From Nitrosopumilus sp. (GTDB lineage Archaea > Thermoproteota > Nitrososphaeria > Nitrososphaerales > Nitrosopumilaceae): DNA of 64,000 bases. A program made the translations under genes and the position numbers. Shown piece by piece: positions 11,084-21,096 of the stretch; the stretch's first letter is position 1, and every line of letters starts with the position of its first letter. The notes under the pieces are model-generated. The model ran no database searches. It was not told the origin of the DNA and saw nothing but the letters and a program-made list of their open reading frames with translations. The stretch is taken from NCBI GenBank assembly GCA_965224195.1, contig OZ245040.1:352001-416000 (forward strand), read 5' to 3'.

Positions 11084-11743
11084 ATGATCTCTACTGGTTT
11101 ACAAAAATTAGACAAATTCTTGTTAGGGGGAATTCCTGATAATGTAATAGTAGATGTATTTGGTGGCAATGGAACTGGAAAAACTTTATTCTTATTACAA
11201 TTAGCAATAAATTCAATCAAAAACGGTGGGAATGTTCTGTACTTGGATACTACAGGTGGGTTTAGACCAGAGCGAATTATTGAAATCCAAAGAGAATTAG
11301 AAATAGAGATTAATTTATTGGAAAAAATCACTGTATTTAGAATTACAAATACTTCAGAACAAATCAAATCTTTTAGTTCTCTTGAACAAAGTAATTTTTC
11401 TTTAATAGTAATTGATAATATCACTGATTTATTTTCTTATGAATATCAAAAAGATGAATCTACATTTGAAAAAAATTTACTATTTATGAAATACATGCAT
11501 GAATTATCAAAATTCTCTATTAGAAAAAAAATTCCAATAATTATTACTAATATGATTAGAATAGTTAATGATACTGAGGTAGAAAATATGCAAAATGCAA
11601 TTGATCCTTATACTCACATCAAAATTCATCTTTTTAAAAATTTATCTAAATTTAATGGACAAATCTACTGGGCATTAAAAAAAGAAAATTTTTCTTACAC
11701 AATTAACAAAATTGGATTATCTGATAATAGTGAAGATTTTTAA
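11084..11743 (+). CDS. radB: RecA-superfamily RadB-like ATPase
   Basis: The likely start is ATG 11084 (MISTGLQKLDKFLLGG). Walker A GGNGTGKT, YLDTTGGFRPER and Walker B LIVID are present; there is no N-terminal HhH domain. Confidence 0.75.
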   Translation: MISTGLQKLDKFLLGGIPDNVIVDVFGGNGTGKTLFLLQLAINSIKNGGNVLYLDTTGGFRPERIIEIQRELEIEINLLEKITVFRITNTSEQIKSFSSLEQSNFSLIVIDNITDLFSYEYQKDESTFEKNLLFMKYMHELSKFSIRKKIPIIITNMIRIVNDTEVENMQNAIDPYTHIKIHLFKNLSKFNGQIYWALKKENFSYTINKIGLSDNSEDF

Positions 11744-11765
11744 CGGTCTCTTCTAATGGTGAACT

Positions 11766-11885
11766 ATGGCAGGAATTTTTGATTTAATACCAATTATGAC
11801 TGTAGTTTTGTTTGTACTTGGTTTAGTCGGTGTAATTGTTTATGAAAGATCACGATCAAATACCCCAGTTGAATCAACATCTTAA
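11766..11885 (+). CDS. Putative 39-aa single-pass membrane microprotein (not in ORF track)
   Basis: Hand-translated MAGIFDLIPIMTVVLFVLGLVGVIVYERSRSNTPVESTS: one ~20-aa hydrophobic helix then a polar tail. It fills the radB-lhr gap. Confidence 0.55.
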   Translation: MAGIFDLIPIMTVVLFVLGLVGVIVYERSRSNTPVESTS

Positions 11886-14583
11886 TTCTTTATTTGGAAA
11901 ATTTGGTTTTTCTAAACTAACTGAAATTCAGAAAAAAGCATCACCAATAATTTTGCAAAAAAAAGATTGTCTTGTAATTGCACCAACAGGGTCTGGTAAA
12001 ACAGAATGTTCAGTAATTCCAATTTTTTCACTTGTAAAAAATGTTAAAAAAACTGGAAAAATCAAAACTCTATACATTACTCCACTAAGAGCATTGAATC
12101 GTGATGTCTTTCGAAGAATTACAAAATATGCTCATGAAAATCAATTAACCCTTGAAATTCGTCACGGTGATACTAGTCAAAAAGATAGAAAAAAAATAAC
12201 TGAAAATCCACCTGATATTCTAATTACTACTCCTGAAACTCTTGTTATTCTTTTAACACAAGTTAAAATGCTTACCGCATTATCTGATTTAGAATGGATT
12301 GTAATAAATGAAGTACATGAATTATTGTCTAGTGAAAGAGGCTCGCAACTATCACTAAGTATTGAACGATTAGAATTAAATTCAAAATATCCTCTTACAA
12401 AAATTGGATTATCTGCTACTGTTGGGAATTTTGAAGAAGCAGGAAAATTTGTTGTAGGAACAAAACGAAAATGTGAGATCATTCGAGATACTTCTGTAAG
12501 AAAATATGATGTGGAAGTCAAATATGTTGATGGAACTATTTCAGATGTTGCTCAAAAGATTATAGATTATGTAATAGAGTTAGAATTAGATTCCCCCATT
12601 CTTCTTTTTACAAATACTAGAGGAGAAGCTGAATTTTTAGCATCAATTTTAAAAGAAAAATCATCTATTCCTATTGAACTACATCATGGTTCTCTTTCAA
12701 AACAAGTAAGGGAAGAAACTGAATTAACTTTACGTGAAGGAAAACGTGGAATTGTAGTATGTACATCTTCATTAGAATTAGGTTTAGATATTGGATCAAT
12801 CGAATTGGTAATTCATTATGGCTCTCCTAGACAAGTATCTAAATTTGTTCAAAGAATTGGTAGAAGTAAACATAATCGTGATGCATCAGCTCAAGGATTA
12901 ATTATTACAAATAATTCTGATGGTGAATTTGAAACAAGAGCTATTCTTGATCGTATTCAAGAAGGTTCGATTGAAGAACAAAAAATCCATGAGGATTCAC
13001 TTGATGTTTTAGCTCACCATTTAGTTGGACTATCAATGCAAATTGGTGAAATTTCAGTGGAACAAGCTTTTGATTTGGTAATCAAAGCATATCCTTTTAG
13101 AAATTTAAAAATTAAAGATCTACTTGATATGTTAAATTTACTTGATTCAAACTATTTGATATTTTTTGATAGAACAAAAATGACTTATTGGAAGAAAGGC
13201 GGTGCTTTCAAATATTATTTTGAAAATCTTTCTACAATACCTGATATTTTAAAATTCAAAGTTTTTGATAGTGTTGGTAAAAAAATTATTGGATCTTTAG
13301 ATCAAAGATTTGTAGGCGATTTTGGTGACTCAGGAAATATTTTTGTTTTGAAAGGTTCACAATGGAGAATTCTAAATGTAGATGAAAAATCATTCAGTGT
13401 AAATGTAGAGCCTTTCAGAGGAGGAGGAATTACAGTACCATATTGGGAAAGAGAAAGTATTCCAATTGATTATAAGACTGCAAGAAAAGTAGGATCTTTC
13501 CGTAGCAAAGTTAAGAATGGAAATTTTACATTGACAAATAAAATAATTGAAGAATTAACTATTGTTCCAATTCCAGATGAAAATAATATTGTAATTGAAT
13601 CTAATCGCTCTCAAGGATCCATAGTAATTCATTCTTGTATGGGTTCAAAAATTAATTCTACATTATCTACAATACTTTCTTCAATGTTGTCTACCATGTT
13701 GGGATCAGTAGTAGACTCTCGTTCTGATGGATATAGAATTGTTTTATCTTCTACAGCAAGAATCTCAGAAAAACTCTTTATAGAAATTCTAAAAGATAAT
13801 TATAATTTACAAACAGTTGTTGGTGAGTCTTTAACTGGAACGCATAATGTAAATTGGCGAACTTGGTGTGTTGCTAAAAAATTTGGTGTAGTTGGTCGTG
13901 GTGCAGTATATGAAAGAAAATCTGCTCGATTTTTGTATGAACGATATTCTAAAACAGCACTTGTATATGAAGCATTACGAGAATTATTTCATGATAAATA
14001 TGATCTAAAAAATACTGAAAAAATTCTAAAAAAAATCAAAGATGATGAAATTCATGTTACTTGGTTAGAAGTTGATAAATTCTCAAAATTGGCTGAACCT
14101 GTTTTAGATCACACTGCAAAATATTATGCATCTCCAGCAAATCTTGACAAAGGAATTATTGATCTTGTTAAAGCTAGACTAGAAAAAACTAAACATCGCT
14201 TGATTTGTGCTCGTTGTGGAAAATGGGAACGTGTAATGCAAACCTTTGAGGTAAAAAATTTGATAATTTGTCCTTATTGTAAGGCAAGACAAATCACTGC
14301 TACATATTATTCAGATTATGATTTACCTAAAATAATTAGAAAAAAACATGAAGGAAAAAAACTATCTGCAGAAGAAAAACACAAGTTTGTTCGTGCCTGG
14401 AAAGTTGCCTCATTGGTTGAAAATTTTGGCAAAACTGCTATCACTGTAATTTCTGGATATGGTGTTGGTGCTGATACTGCTGCAAGAATCTTGAGAAATA
14501 TGGTCGATGAAGAACATTTGTTTAAACAAATCTATGAAGCAGAAAGACAATATGTTGTGACAAGAGGTTTTTGGGATTCTTAA
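11836..14583 (+). CDS. lhr: Lhr-family SF2 helicase with C-terminal Cys4 zinc ribbon (start uncertain)
   Basis: APTGSGKT, TTPETL, motif II reading NEVH, GLSAT, TSSLELGLDIG, QRIGRS, CARC...CPYC. Confidence 0.9.
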   Translation: MFMKDHDQIPQLNQHLNSLFGKFGFSKLTEIQKKASPIILQKKDCLVIAPTGSGKTECSVIPIFSLVKNVKKTGKIKTLYITPLRALNRDVFRRITKYAHENQLTLEIRHGDTSQKDRKKITENPPDILITTPETLVILLTQVKMLTALSDLEWIVINEVHELLSSERGSQLSLSIERLELNSKYPLTKIGLSATVGNFEEAGKFVVGTKRKCEIIRDTSVRKYDVEVKYVDGTISDVAQKIIDYVIELELDSPILLFTNTRGEAEFLASILKEKSSIPIELHHGSLSKQVREETELTLREGKRGIVVCTSSLELGLDIGSIELVIHYGSPRQVSKFVQRIGRSKHNRDASAQGLIITNNSDGEFETRAILDRIQEGSIEEQKIHEDSLDVLAHHLVGLSMQIGEISVEQAFDLVIKAYPFRNLKIKDLLDMLNLLDSNYLIFFDRTKMTYWKKGGAFKYYFENLSTIPDILKFKVFDSVGKKIIGSLDQRFVGDFGDSGNIFVLKGSQWRILNVDEKSFSVNVEPFRGGGITVPYWERESIPIDYKTARKVGSFRSKVKNGNFTLTNKIIEELTIVPIPDENNIVIESNRSQGSIVIHSCMGSKINSTLSTILSSMLSTMLGSVVDSRSDGYRIVLSSTARISEKLFIEILKDNYNLQTVVGESLTGTHNVNWRTWCVAKKFGVVGRGAVYERKSARFLYERYSKTALVYEALRELFHDKYDLKNTEKILKKIKDDEIHVTWLEVDKFSKLAEPVLDHTAKYYASPANLDKGIIDLVKARLEKTKHRLICARCGKWERVMQTFEVKNLIICPYCKARQITATYYSDYDLPKIIRKKHEGKKLSAEEKHKFVRAWKVASLVENFGKTAITVISGYGVGADTAARILRNMVDEEHLFKQIYEAERQYVVTRGFWDS

Positions 14584-15977
14584 TTCTTTTTTGTGATTTT
14601 AGAAAATGGAGAGATAAAAAGTTCTATTCTACCTTCTAGTCCTGGTTTTGCATTAAGTCCTGTAATTGAAATAATTTCTCCTAATTCACATTTATCAATA
14701 ATTCTTGCTTGATTTCTCCAACCCTTTACCCAAATTTGACCAGTATCATCTTCAACAAACATTTCTGAAAGTACTATAGATTCACCTGATTTTGTTTGAA
14801 CTTCACGTCTTTCAGGAACTTTCAAAACTATTGCTTCAATACAATAACTTGCATCTACTTTGATATCATTAATTTTTGTTCTAAGTTGAGATAATGAAGG
14901 AATGGATTCATCATTGTCTAATTTTCTTACAAACGAATTTTCATCTAGTGATATTGAATTTCCATAAATTTTTGATGGCATACATTCAATGACATCTCCT
15001 TCCACACAAATGCTAGTTGAATTTGAAGAATCACTGATATTGAATAAATTCTTTTTATTATCAACTGCTAAAATCATACTTTTACCATTTTCTGTTGGTG
15101 TTATAGAAAGAACCCTGGCGATTATTGGCTCTGCTTCTTTACCACCTTCAATTTCAATTATTGTAGAATCATTTCCATGAATTTCAAGGCCTTGGTTTCC
15201 AGATTTTACTCTAACACCAAGTAATCTTACTTTGGCAGATTGTGAAATCATATTTGGTATGATGGATTCATCTTTTCCCCATAGAACTACTCTCATTCCA
15301 GTTCCATCTTTTCCTTTTAGTCTCATTCTTAGTGCTTTTCCAGGCATGCCGCGAGAATTTGTAAATTCCATTCCACTAATCACCCCATCAATAGTTCCAG
15401 AAATTACTAGATCTTTTTGACCTTCTTTAGACTCACTAACATCTTTTGTAATAGTATCAATATTTGGAATTTCACTTTTAGTATCTGTAGTTTCTATATT
15501 TGATCCAGAACCAATGTTAATTGTTGGAGAGCCATCTAGATCAGATTTTACATAAGCTTTGATTATTTTAATTAAATCTCCAGGTTTTAGATTTTCAACA
15601 CCTGGAAGATTTGCTTTTTCATCCCATAATTTTACACTAGCTGTAGAATTTGTATCGTATACAGTCATTGTTCTAAGATAGAATGGAGAACCATCTTTTC
15701 TAGAAAATTGTTTTGCGGGTGAAAGATTCAAAACTCTTGTCTCTAATGAAATTTCTTTTGCCCCCGCATACAGATCTTTTAAACTAATTTCAATTTTTTC
15801 TGGCTCTGATAATGTAATACCCAAATCTGATGCAATTAGAAATAATGCCCCCTGATCTGTTAAATAACCTGCACCAATTTTTTCTTTCTTTTGTTTAATC
15901 TGTTCTTCAAGATCACTTTTAGTTAATTCTGGCTTTTGTACAAGTAATTTATCAATAAGATTTTCAAATTCAGACAA
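14580..15977 (-). CDS. rpa: Multi-OB-fold single-stranded DNA-binding protein (RPA-like)
   Basis: Repeated OB folds (VKLWDEKA...GDLIKI; DDTGQIWVKGW) and an N-terminal GYLTDQGALFLIA segment. Confidence 0.85.
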   Translation of the reverse strand: MSEFENLIDKLLVQKPELTKSDLEEQIKQKKEKIGAGYLTDQGALFLIASDLGITLSEPEKIEISLKDLYAGAKEISLETRVLNLSPAKQFSRKDGSPFYLRTMTVYDTNSTASVKLWDEKANLPGVENLKPGDLIKIIKAYVKSDLDGSPTINIGSGSNIETTDTKSEIPNIDTITKDVSESKEGQKDLVISGTIDGVISGMEFTNSRGMPGKALRMRLKGKDGTGMRVVLWGKDESIIPNMISQSAKVRLLGVRVKSGNQGLEIHGNDSTIIEIEGGKEAEPIIARVLSITPTENGKSMILAVDNKKNLFNISDSSNSTSICVEGDVIECMPSKIYGNSISLDENSFVRKLDNDESIPSLSQLRTKINDIKVDASYCIEAIVLKVPERREVQTKSGESIVLSEMFVEDDTGQIWVKGWRNQARIIDKCELGEIISITGLNAKPGLEGRIELFISPFSKITKKN

Positions 15978-16200
15978 TTCATTTTTTGATAAACTTATTC
16001 TATTAATAAAAATTTCACTTGTTTGAAATTGTATTTTTTTAACAAAATGATCGCTTGAACATATTTTTATTCAATTTTAAATCTACAAATTCATCTATTT
16101 TCTAAATCCATACATGATTTATCATAATCTATTCAAATTCCTCTTAAAACATCTTGATTTATCTCACTAACTAAATTAATAGGTAGATCGCAGTTTTGGT

Positions 16201-17139
16201 ATGTCTTGTATTGATGTTAACCATTTATCAAAATCATATGGTTCAGTTCATGCAGTGGATGATCTAATTTTATCAGTAAAAGCAGGTCAAGTTTTTGGAT
16301 TTTTAGGCCCAAATGGTGCAGGAAAATCCACCACAATCAAGCTTCTTACAACTCTCATTCCACCTTCAAGTGGATCATTATCTATTTTGGGCGTTGATGC
16401 TGTAGCAGAACCTCTCAAAATTCGTCATAAAATTGGAGTAGTTTTACAACAACCTAGCTATGAACCAACATTATCGGTAGAAAAATCTCTTGAAAAATAT
16501 GGGATGATGTGGAATATTCCTAAAACTGAACGTAAAAAAAGAATGGAACAACTCTTGAATGATTTTGATTTAGTTGAAATTCGTAAAAAAAGAAATGAAG
16601 ATCTATCTATTGGTCAAAGAAGAAGAGTCCAAGTTGCACGTGAATTTATGCATGATATGGAATTATTATTTTTAGATGAACCTACAGTTGGATTAGATCC
16701 AAGTGCTAGAAGAAAATTATTAGATTATTTAAAAAATAAAGTTAAAACTGGTTTAACAATTTTTTATACAACACATATTTTATCTGAAGCAGAATATCTG
16801 TGTGATCAAATAGCTATTATTGATAAAGGTAAAATTGTTACTGTTGATTCTCCTGATGCTTTAAAAAAAAGATTTGGAAAAGAAAAGACAATAAAAATTC
16901 ATTTATTAGAAAAACAATCTGAAATTCCTTCTCTTTTATCTAATATTGTAGATTGTAAAATTAATTTTGAAACTGGAACAAATATCATTATTCACTCAGA
17001 GCAATCTGAATTAGTATTGTTAAAAGTATTGAAAATACTTAATGATAATAAAATTGATATTGAAGATCTTTCAGCTGTACCTACAAATCTTGAAGAAATC
17101 TTTTTGAATATGGTGAGAGAAAGTGCATCCAATAATTAG
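16201..17139 (+). CDS. ABC exporter ATP-binding subunit (DrrA-like)
   Basis: GPNGAGKST, LSIGQRRR and LFLDEPT motifs, plus the H-loop TTH. Confidence 0.92.
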   Translation: MSCIDVNHLSKSYGSVHAVDDLILSVKAGQVFGFLGPNGAGKSTTIKLLTTLIPPSSGSLSILGVDAVAEPLKIRHKIGVVLQQPSYEPTLSVEKSLEKYGMMWNIPKTERKKRMEQLLNDFDLVEIRKKRNEDLSIGQRRRVQVAREFMHDMELLFLDEPTVGLDPSARRKLLDYLKNKVKTGLTIFYTTHILSEAEYLCDQIAIIDKGKIVTVDSPDALKKRFGKEKTIKIHLLEKQSEIPSLLSNIVDCKINFETGTNIIIHSEQSELVLLKVLKILNDNKIDIEDLSAVPTNLEEIFLNMVRESASNN

Positions 17140-17884
17140 ACTTGTAAATAGAAATCTTACGATTTCTCTTAATCCTGGTTTTTTAATTTGGCAAGTAATT
17201 TTCCCTTTAATCTATATTTTTGTAGCTGGTTTTGCTTATGCCCCATTAATCAATACTGTTCCATTTGGAAATAAAGAACTTGATTATCCTGCATTTTTAG
17301 CATCTGGTATGATTGGATTTAACATAATGAATAGTACACTAATCTCTGGCATCATAATCTGGAATGATAGAAAACATGGAATGTTTGAACAAATTATGTC
17401 TGGACCCTTTACTAGGAGTCATTACATTCTAAGTAATATTTGCACAATTGGAATAATTGGATTGGTTAGTGCCGGATTGATAGCTGTAGTTGGATATCCA
17501 GTATTTTTTGAATCTGTAGAATTTTCATTTGTTACAATTCCAATAATTATTTTTGGTGCTATTACAGGCTCTGTTCTTTTTGGTTCATTGGCATCAATTA
17601 TCTCAACTAGGATACGCTCAAGTGAGGGATTTAATGTATTGATCAATACTGTTTTTCTTTTCTTTGCTTTTGTTAGTACTGCATTTTATCCAGCAGGTGG
17701 AGCTCCAGAACCATTACGTACTGCATTTTATCTAAACCCATTAACATATCTTGTAGATGTAATTAGAGCAGGAATTTTTGGAACAATCACCGAATTCGTA
17801 ATTATTGAAATGATAATACTAGTGGCAATTGCATCAACATTATTTGTTATTGCTTCGCGATTGCTTACAAAATTAGACTTTTAA
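17123..17884 (+). CDS. ABC-2 type permease
   Basis: Six hydrophobic segments, STAFYP and NPLTYLVD; overlaps the ATPase gene. Confidence 0.9.
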   Translation: MHPIIRLVNRNLTISLNPGFLIWQVIFPLIYIFVAGFAYAPLINTVPFGNKELDYPAFLASGMIGFNIMNSTLISGIIIWNDRKHGMFEQIMSGPFTRSHYILSNICTIGIIGLVSAGLIAVVGYPVFFESVEFSFVTIPIIIFGAITGSVLFGSLASIISTRIRSSEGFNVLINTVFLFFAFVSTAFYPAGGAPEPLRTAFYLNPLTYLVDVIRAGIFGTITEFVIIEMIILVAIASTLFVIASRLLTKLDF

Positions 17885-17893
17885 AAATAAAAA

Positions 17894-18631
17894 TCATTTA
17901 TTAAATTTTTCATATAGTTCATTAATTTTTTTAACAATATCTAAATTGTCATAATCTACTAAATTTAGATTTGGAATAACACAATGTCCTCCAATGATAC
18001 CCGGAAACATTTTTGGTCTATTACCTAAATTTTCATGAATTTCATCTGCAAATTTCCACATTTCATTAAAATCTATACCTTCTTTTTCACAAATCATTTT
18101 TGTAATTTGAGCATAATTGATTAACCATCCATAGTAAGTTGTGTCGACTAAAATTTTTGCTAATTCTGCAGTTTTTGTTGTTGACATCCATTCTATTTTT
18201 TCAAATCGTTTTTCTAAATCTATTTTTATTTTGGGTTCAATTTGTTTTTCATCTGATGAAATAAATTTTGTATATTTTTTAACGTCATCTAAAAATCTTT
18301 TATGCACACCTCTTACTGGTGAATATAAAATTGGTATCTGAAAATTATTTTGTATGTTTTTTGTTGTCCCAGGTTTTACTGTAGAATGAATTAGAACAAC
18401 TTTTAATCCTGTAATTTTTTTAATCCAATCTATTGCAATATCTTCAAAGTTTGTTAATTCTCCTGGTATACAAACATGAAGGTATTCTGGATTATCTATT
18501 TGATCATTTTCTGAATAGTTTTTACATTTTGAACTATCTGAATCAATTCCGATACAATCGTAATTTCTTTCTTTTAGTAGATGAAATAGAGTTTCTCCAA
18601 CTTCTCCCATTCCTAAAACGATGTCAGTCAT
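17894..18631 (-). CDS. Short UDP-glucose/GDP-mannose dehydrogenase family protein (no C-terminal domain)
   Basis: GMGEVG, IHSTVKPGTT, AELAK and GIIGGHCVIPN (catalytic Cys); only 245 aa. Confidence 0.75.
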   Translation of the reverse strand: MTDIVLGMGEVGETLFHLLKERNYDCIGIDSDSSKCKNYSENDQIDNPEYLHVCIPGELTNFEDIAIDWIKKITGLKVVLIHSTVKPGTTKNIQNNFQIPILYSPVRGVHKRFLDDVKKYTKFISSDEKQIEPKIKIDLEKRFEKIEWMSTTKTAELAKILVDTTYYGWLINYAQITKMICEKEGIDFNEMWKFADEIHENLGNRPKMFPGIIGGHCVIPNLNLVDYDNLDIVKKINELYEKFNK

Positions 18632-18698
18632 ATACCTAATTTCAGAAAAACTCTCTATGTTATATTCGTGTACAAAACTTGATAATTTTTAAAGAAAG

Positions 18699-18771
18699 TA
18701 GCCCGGCCCAGACTCGAACTGGGGTCAAAGGCTTCAAAGGCCTCTATGCTTGACCGCTACACTACCGGGCT
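18699..18771 (-). tRNA. tRNA-Gln(UUG)
   Basis: Reverse complement is AGCCCGGTAGTGTAGCGGTCAAGCATAGAGGCCTTTGAAGCCTTTGACCCCAGTTCGAGTCTGGGCCGGGCTA. It folds into a cloverleaf with anticodon TTG and the A1-U72 pair typical of archaeal tRNA-Gln; CCA is not encoded. Confidence 0.97.
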
Positions 18772-18840
18772 GCTAAATCGAGCACTCTCATTCCCTTAAT
18801 GAACTTTTTATTTGAATTTGACTCTTAAAACTAAACTCAA

Positions 18841-19869
18841 CTATTCTCTGATTGTTTTAATCAATTTTTTAATAGGATTTTCCATCTGTTTTTTTATTCT
18901 TTCTGCTCTTTTTTGACTCTCATTATTGTCGCCTTCAAAAATTTTCTTAATGTAGTTTGAAATCTTATTGGGGCTTGTTTCTCTTTTTACCAAATTTCTT
19001 TTTACTAAGAAATTTTCAATGATATTTGGAACTGCATTATATGATATTGTAGGGATTCCCATTAATGCCGATTCAGCAGTCATAGTACCACCAGATCCAA
19101 TAAAAACATCTGTATTTTTTAACAAATGTTTTCCATCATATGTCATTTTTACAATCTTTACTTTTTTACCAATAATTTTTTGTAAGTTTTTTATTTGTTT
19201 TGTATATCTACCCAAAACTACAATATTTTCATTTCCATATTCTTTTTCTATTTTTTTTATAACTGGAATGATTTTACTAGATTTTGATGTGTACGATGCC
19301 TCTTCTTCTTCAACTCTGATCAAAATATTCTTTTTATTGTTATTTTTGAATGGTAATTTTAATTTTTCATCAATTTTTCGTTGTATTGTAACAAATGCAT
19401 CAATTGCTTTGTATTGAGTAATATTTTTTTCATCGATTCCGTATTTTGAAAATTCTTTTTTAGGTATTGTAAGAGGAATTAACAATTTTTGAATTAATGG
19501 TAGTGTTAATCGCATTACTGCTTCTGCATGTGGAGAATCACAAAATGCTATGTGTTTAATTCTTAAACCAAATGCTATTCTTGCAGCCTCTGGTGAACAA
19601 AAACTAATTACGATATCTGGAGAAAATGTCTTAATTTTTCTTGACAGTCTCTCCATTCTGTCTATACTGGCTTTGAGTTTAGCTTTTTTGTCTCCCCCAC
19701 CGTGTTTTCCAACAAAAATAAGGTCAAAATTACGTATTTTTGCTAATTTTGAAACTTCTTCATAATCTCTTGAAGTACACAAAAGATCGTGTTTTCTCCC
19801 TAATTTTTCAATTATTGGTTCAGAAAACAACAATTGTTTTGGTGTAAGAATATCTATCCAGATTTTCAA
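18841..19869 (-). CDS. DUF354 family protein (GT-B-like fold)
   Basis: MKIWIDILTPKQ N-terminus, VGKHGG, FCDSPHA and GSGGTMTAESALMGIPTIS. Confidence 0.85.
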   Translation of the reverse strand: MKIWIDILTPKQLLFSEPIIEKLGRKHDLLCTSRDYEEVSKLAKIRNFDLIFVGKHGGGDKKAKLKASIDRMERLSRKIKTFSPDIVISFCSPEAARIAFGLRIKHIAFCDSPHAEAVMRLTLPLIQKLLIPLTIPKKEFSKYGIDEKNITQYKAIDAFVTIQRKIDEKLKLPFKNNNKKNILIRVEEEEASYTSKSSKIIPVIKKIEKEYGNENIVVLGRYTKQIKNLQKIIGKKVKIVKMTYDGKHLLKNTDVFIGSGGTMTAESALMGIPTISYNAVPNIIENFLVKRNLVKRETSPNKISNYIKKIFEGDNNESQKRAERIKKQMENPIKKLIKTIRE

Positions 19870-19931
19870 GTAATTTTTCTAATTATGGTAAGTTCAATAA
19901 GTTTTTCTTAGTCCAATACTAGCTGTAATGT

Positions 19932-21083
19932 ATGGGGGGAGCAAAAGTTGTCGTTTATGGTCTTAGCACAGAAGGATATGCGATTGCATCTCAAATGGCA
20001 ATTAAGGGTGCAGATGTTTACATAATTGATGAATCAACTCCGTCAGCAATTTCACTAAAAGCTGAAATTGCTAAAACATATCCAAATGTATCTTCTCTCA
20101 AAGAAGATGAACCTCTCTTAGCTATGGAACCAATTGATGTAGCAATTTCAAAAGCACAATATCTTTTCTTTACTCCAAGAATTAGAAAAACTGGACAAGA
20201 TATTAAAACTGAAATTCATTCAAAATTTAAGGATGCAGTTACATCAATGAAAAAAAATAGCTCGGTAATTTTTACACTTCCAACAGGATTTGGAGGTAAC
20301 AATGAAAATATTTCATTACTTGAACATGTGACAGGTCTTGAAACTGGAAAACATATTTCATACTTTTACTATCCTCTTGAAGATCTTAAGGAACCACCAA
20401 AAATTATTGGATCCTTTAATGGAAAAGAAGATTCAACTTTAGCAGAACTACTTACAGTAGGTAAAAAAGAGAAAAAGTTTGTAGCAATTTCATCATCTGA
20501 GCATTTTCATGCAATTGATGTTTTATCCAGATTTTCTAGTTTGTGTAGTGTTTTAGAAGTCTGTAAATATGCTCAAGATGATATTACCAAAAATGATCTT
20601 TCTTCAGATGATTTTCAGGAAATATTTTTAGACGATATGGTTAGTGGATTATTTGACTTAAAATCTCTAGGTTCATCTTTTGAAGGTGCAAATTCTCTCA
20701 TGTATCTAATTAATGGAAGTGTAAAAGGAATTGATGGGTATATCAAGCGTTTAATTGATGAGATTCGTTCAACACTAAAGAAAAATGATCTAAAAGCAAG
20801 TAGAACAAAGATCGCATTGTCTTGGACGCTTGATCAACATGCAATGCGTGGTGGTAAAATTGAAATGCTTCAAAATCTAACATCTAGATTACGTGATTAT
20901 ATTGGTGATGTTGAAGCTTACGAAGATCCAAACTTTGATCTTTTCCATAGTGATAAAACAACAATAGTTGTAGCTTGCTCAAAATCAGATTTTGACAATA
21001 TTGAAAAAACAAAACAGGATTCTGATTTAATTATAGTAAAAGCCAATCCTTTATGTGAAACGATCAATAATAGTATAAATTAG
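19932..21083 (+). CDS. Divergent nucleotide-sugar dehydrogenase-like protein, probably non-catalytic
   Basis: Degenerate Rossmann start (VVVYGLSTEG), FFYYP-like segment and a C-terminal AYEDP region resembling the UDP-binding domain; no GGxC motif. Confidence 0.5.
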   Translation: MGGAKVVVYGLSTEGYAIASQMAIKGADVYIIDESTPSAISLKAEIAKTYPNVSSLKEDEPLLAMEPIDVAISKAQYLFFTPRIRKTGQDIKTEIHSKFKDAVTSMKKNSSVIFTLPTGFGGNNENISLLEHVTGLETGKHISYFYYPLEDLKEPPKIIGSFNGKEDSTLAELLTVGKKEKKFVAISSSEHFHAIDVLSRFSSLCSVLEVCKYAQDDITKNDLSSDDFQEIFLDDMVSGLFDLKSLGSSFEGANSLMYLINGSVKGIDGYIKRLIDEIRSTLKKNDLKASRTKIALSWTLDQHAMRGGKIEMLQNLTSRLRDYIGDVEAYEDPNFDLFHSDKTTIVVACSKSDFDNIEKTKQDSDLIIVKANPLCETINNSIN

Positions 21084-21096
21084 CTAAATTACTATT

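Noticed and set aside
10975-11424. 149-aa minus-strand ORF
   Set aside because: It is the antisense shadow of the RadB-like gene and has no recognisable motif.
15978-16200. Possible pseudogene remnant on the minus strand (DYDKSCMDL...) in a 220-nt gap
   Set aside because: Multiple stops and too little similarity to support a call without a search; the gap also holds divergent promoters.
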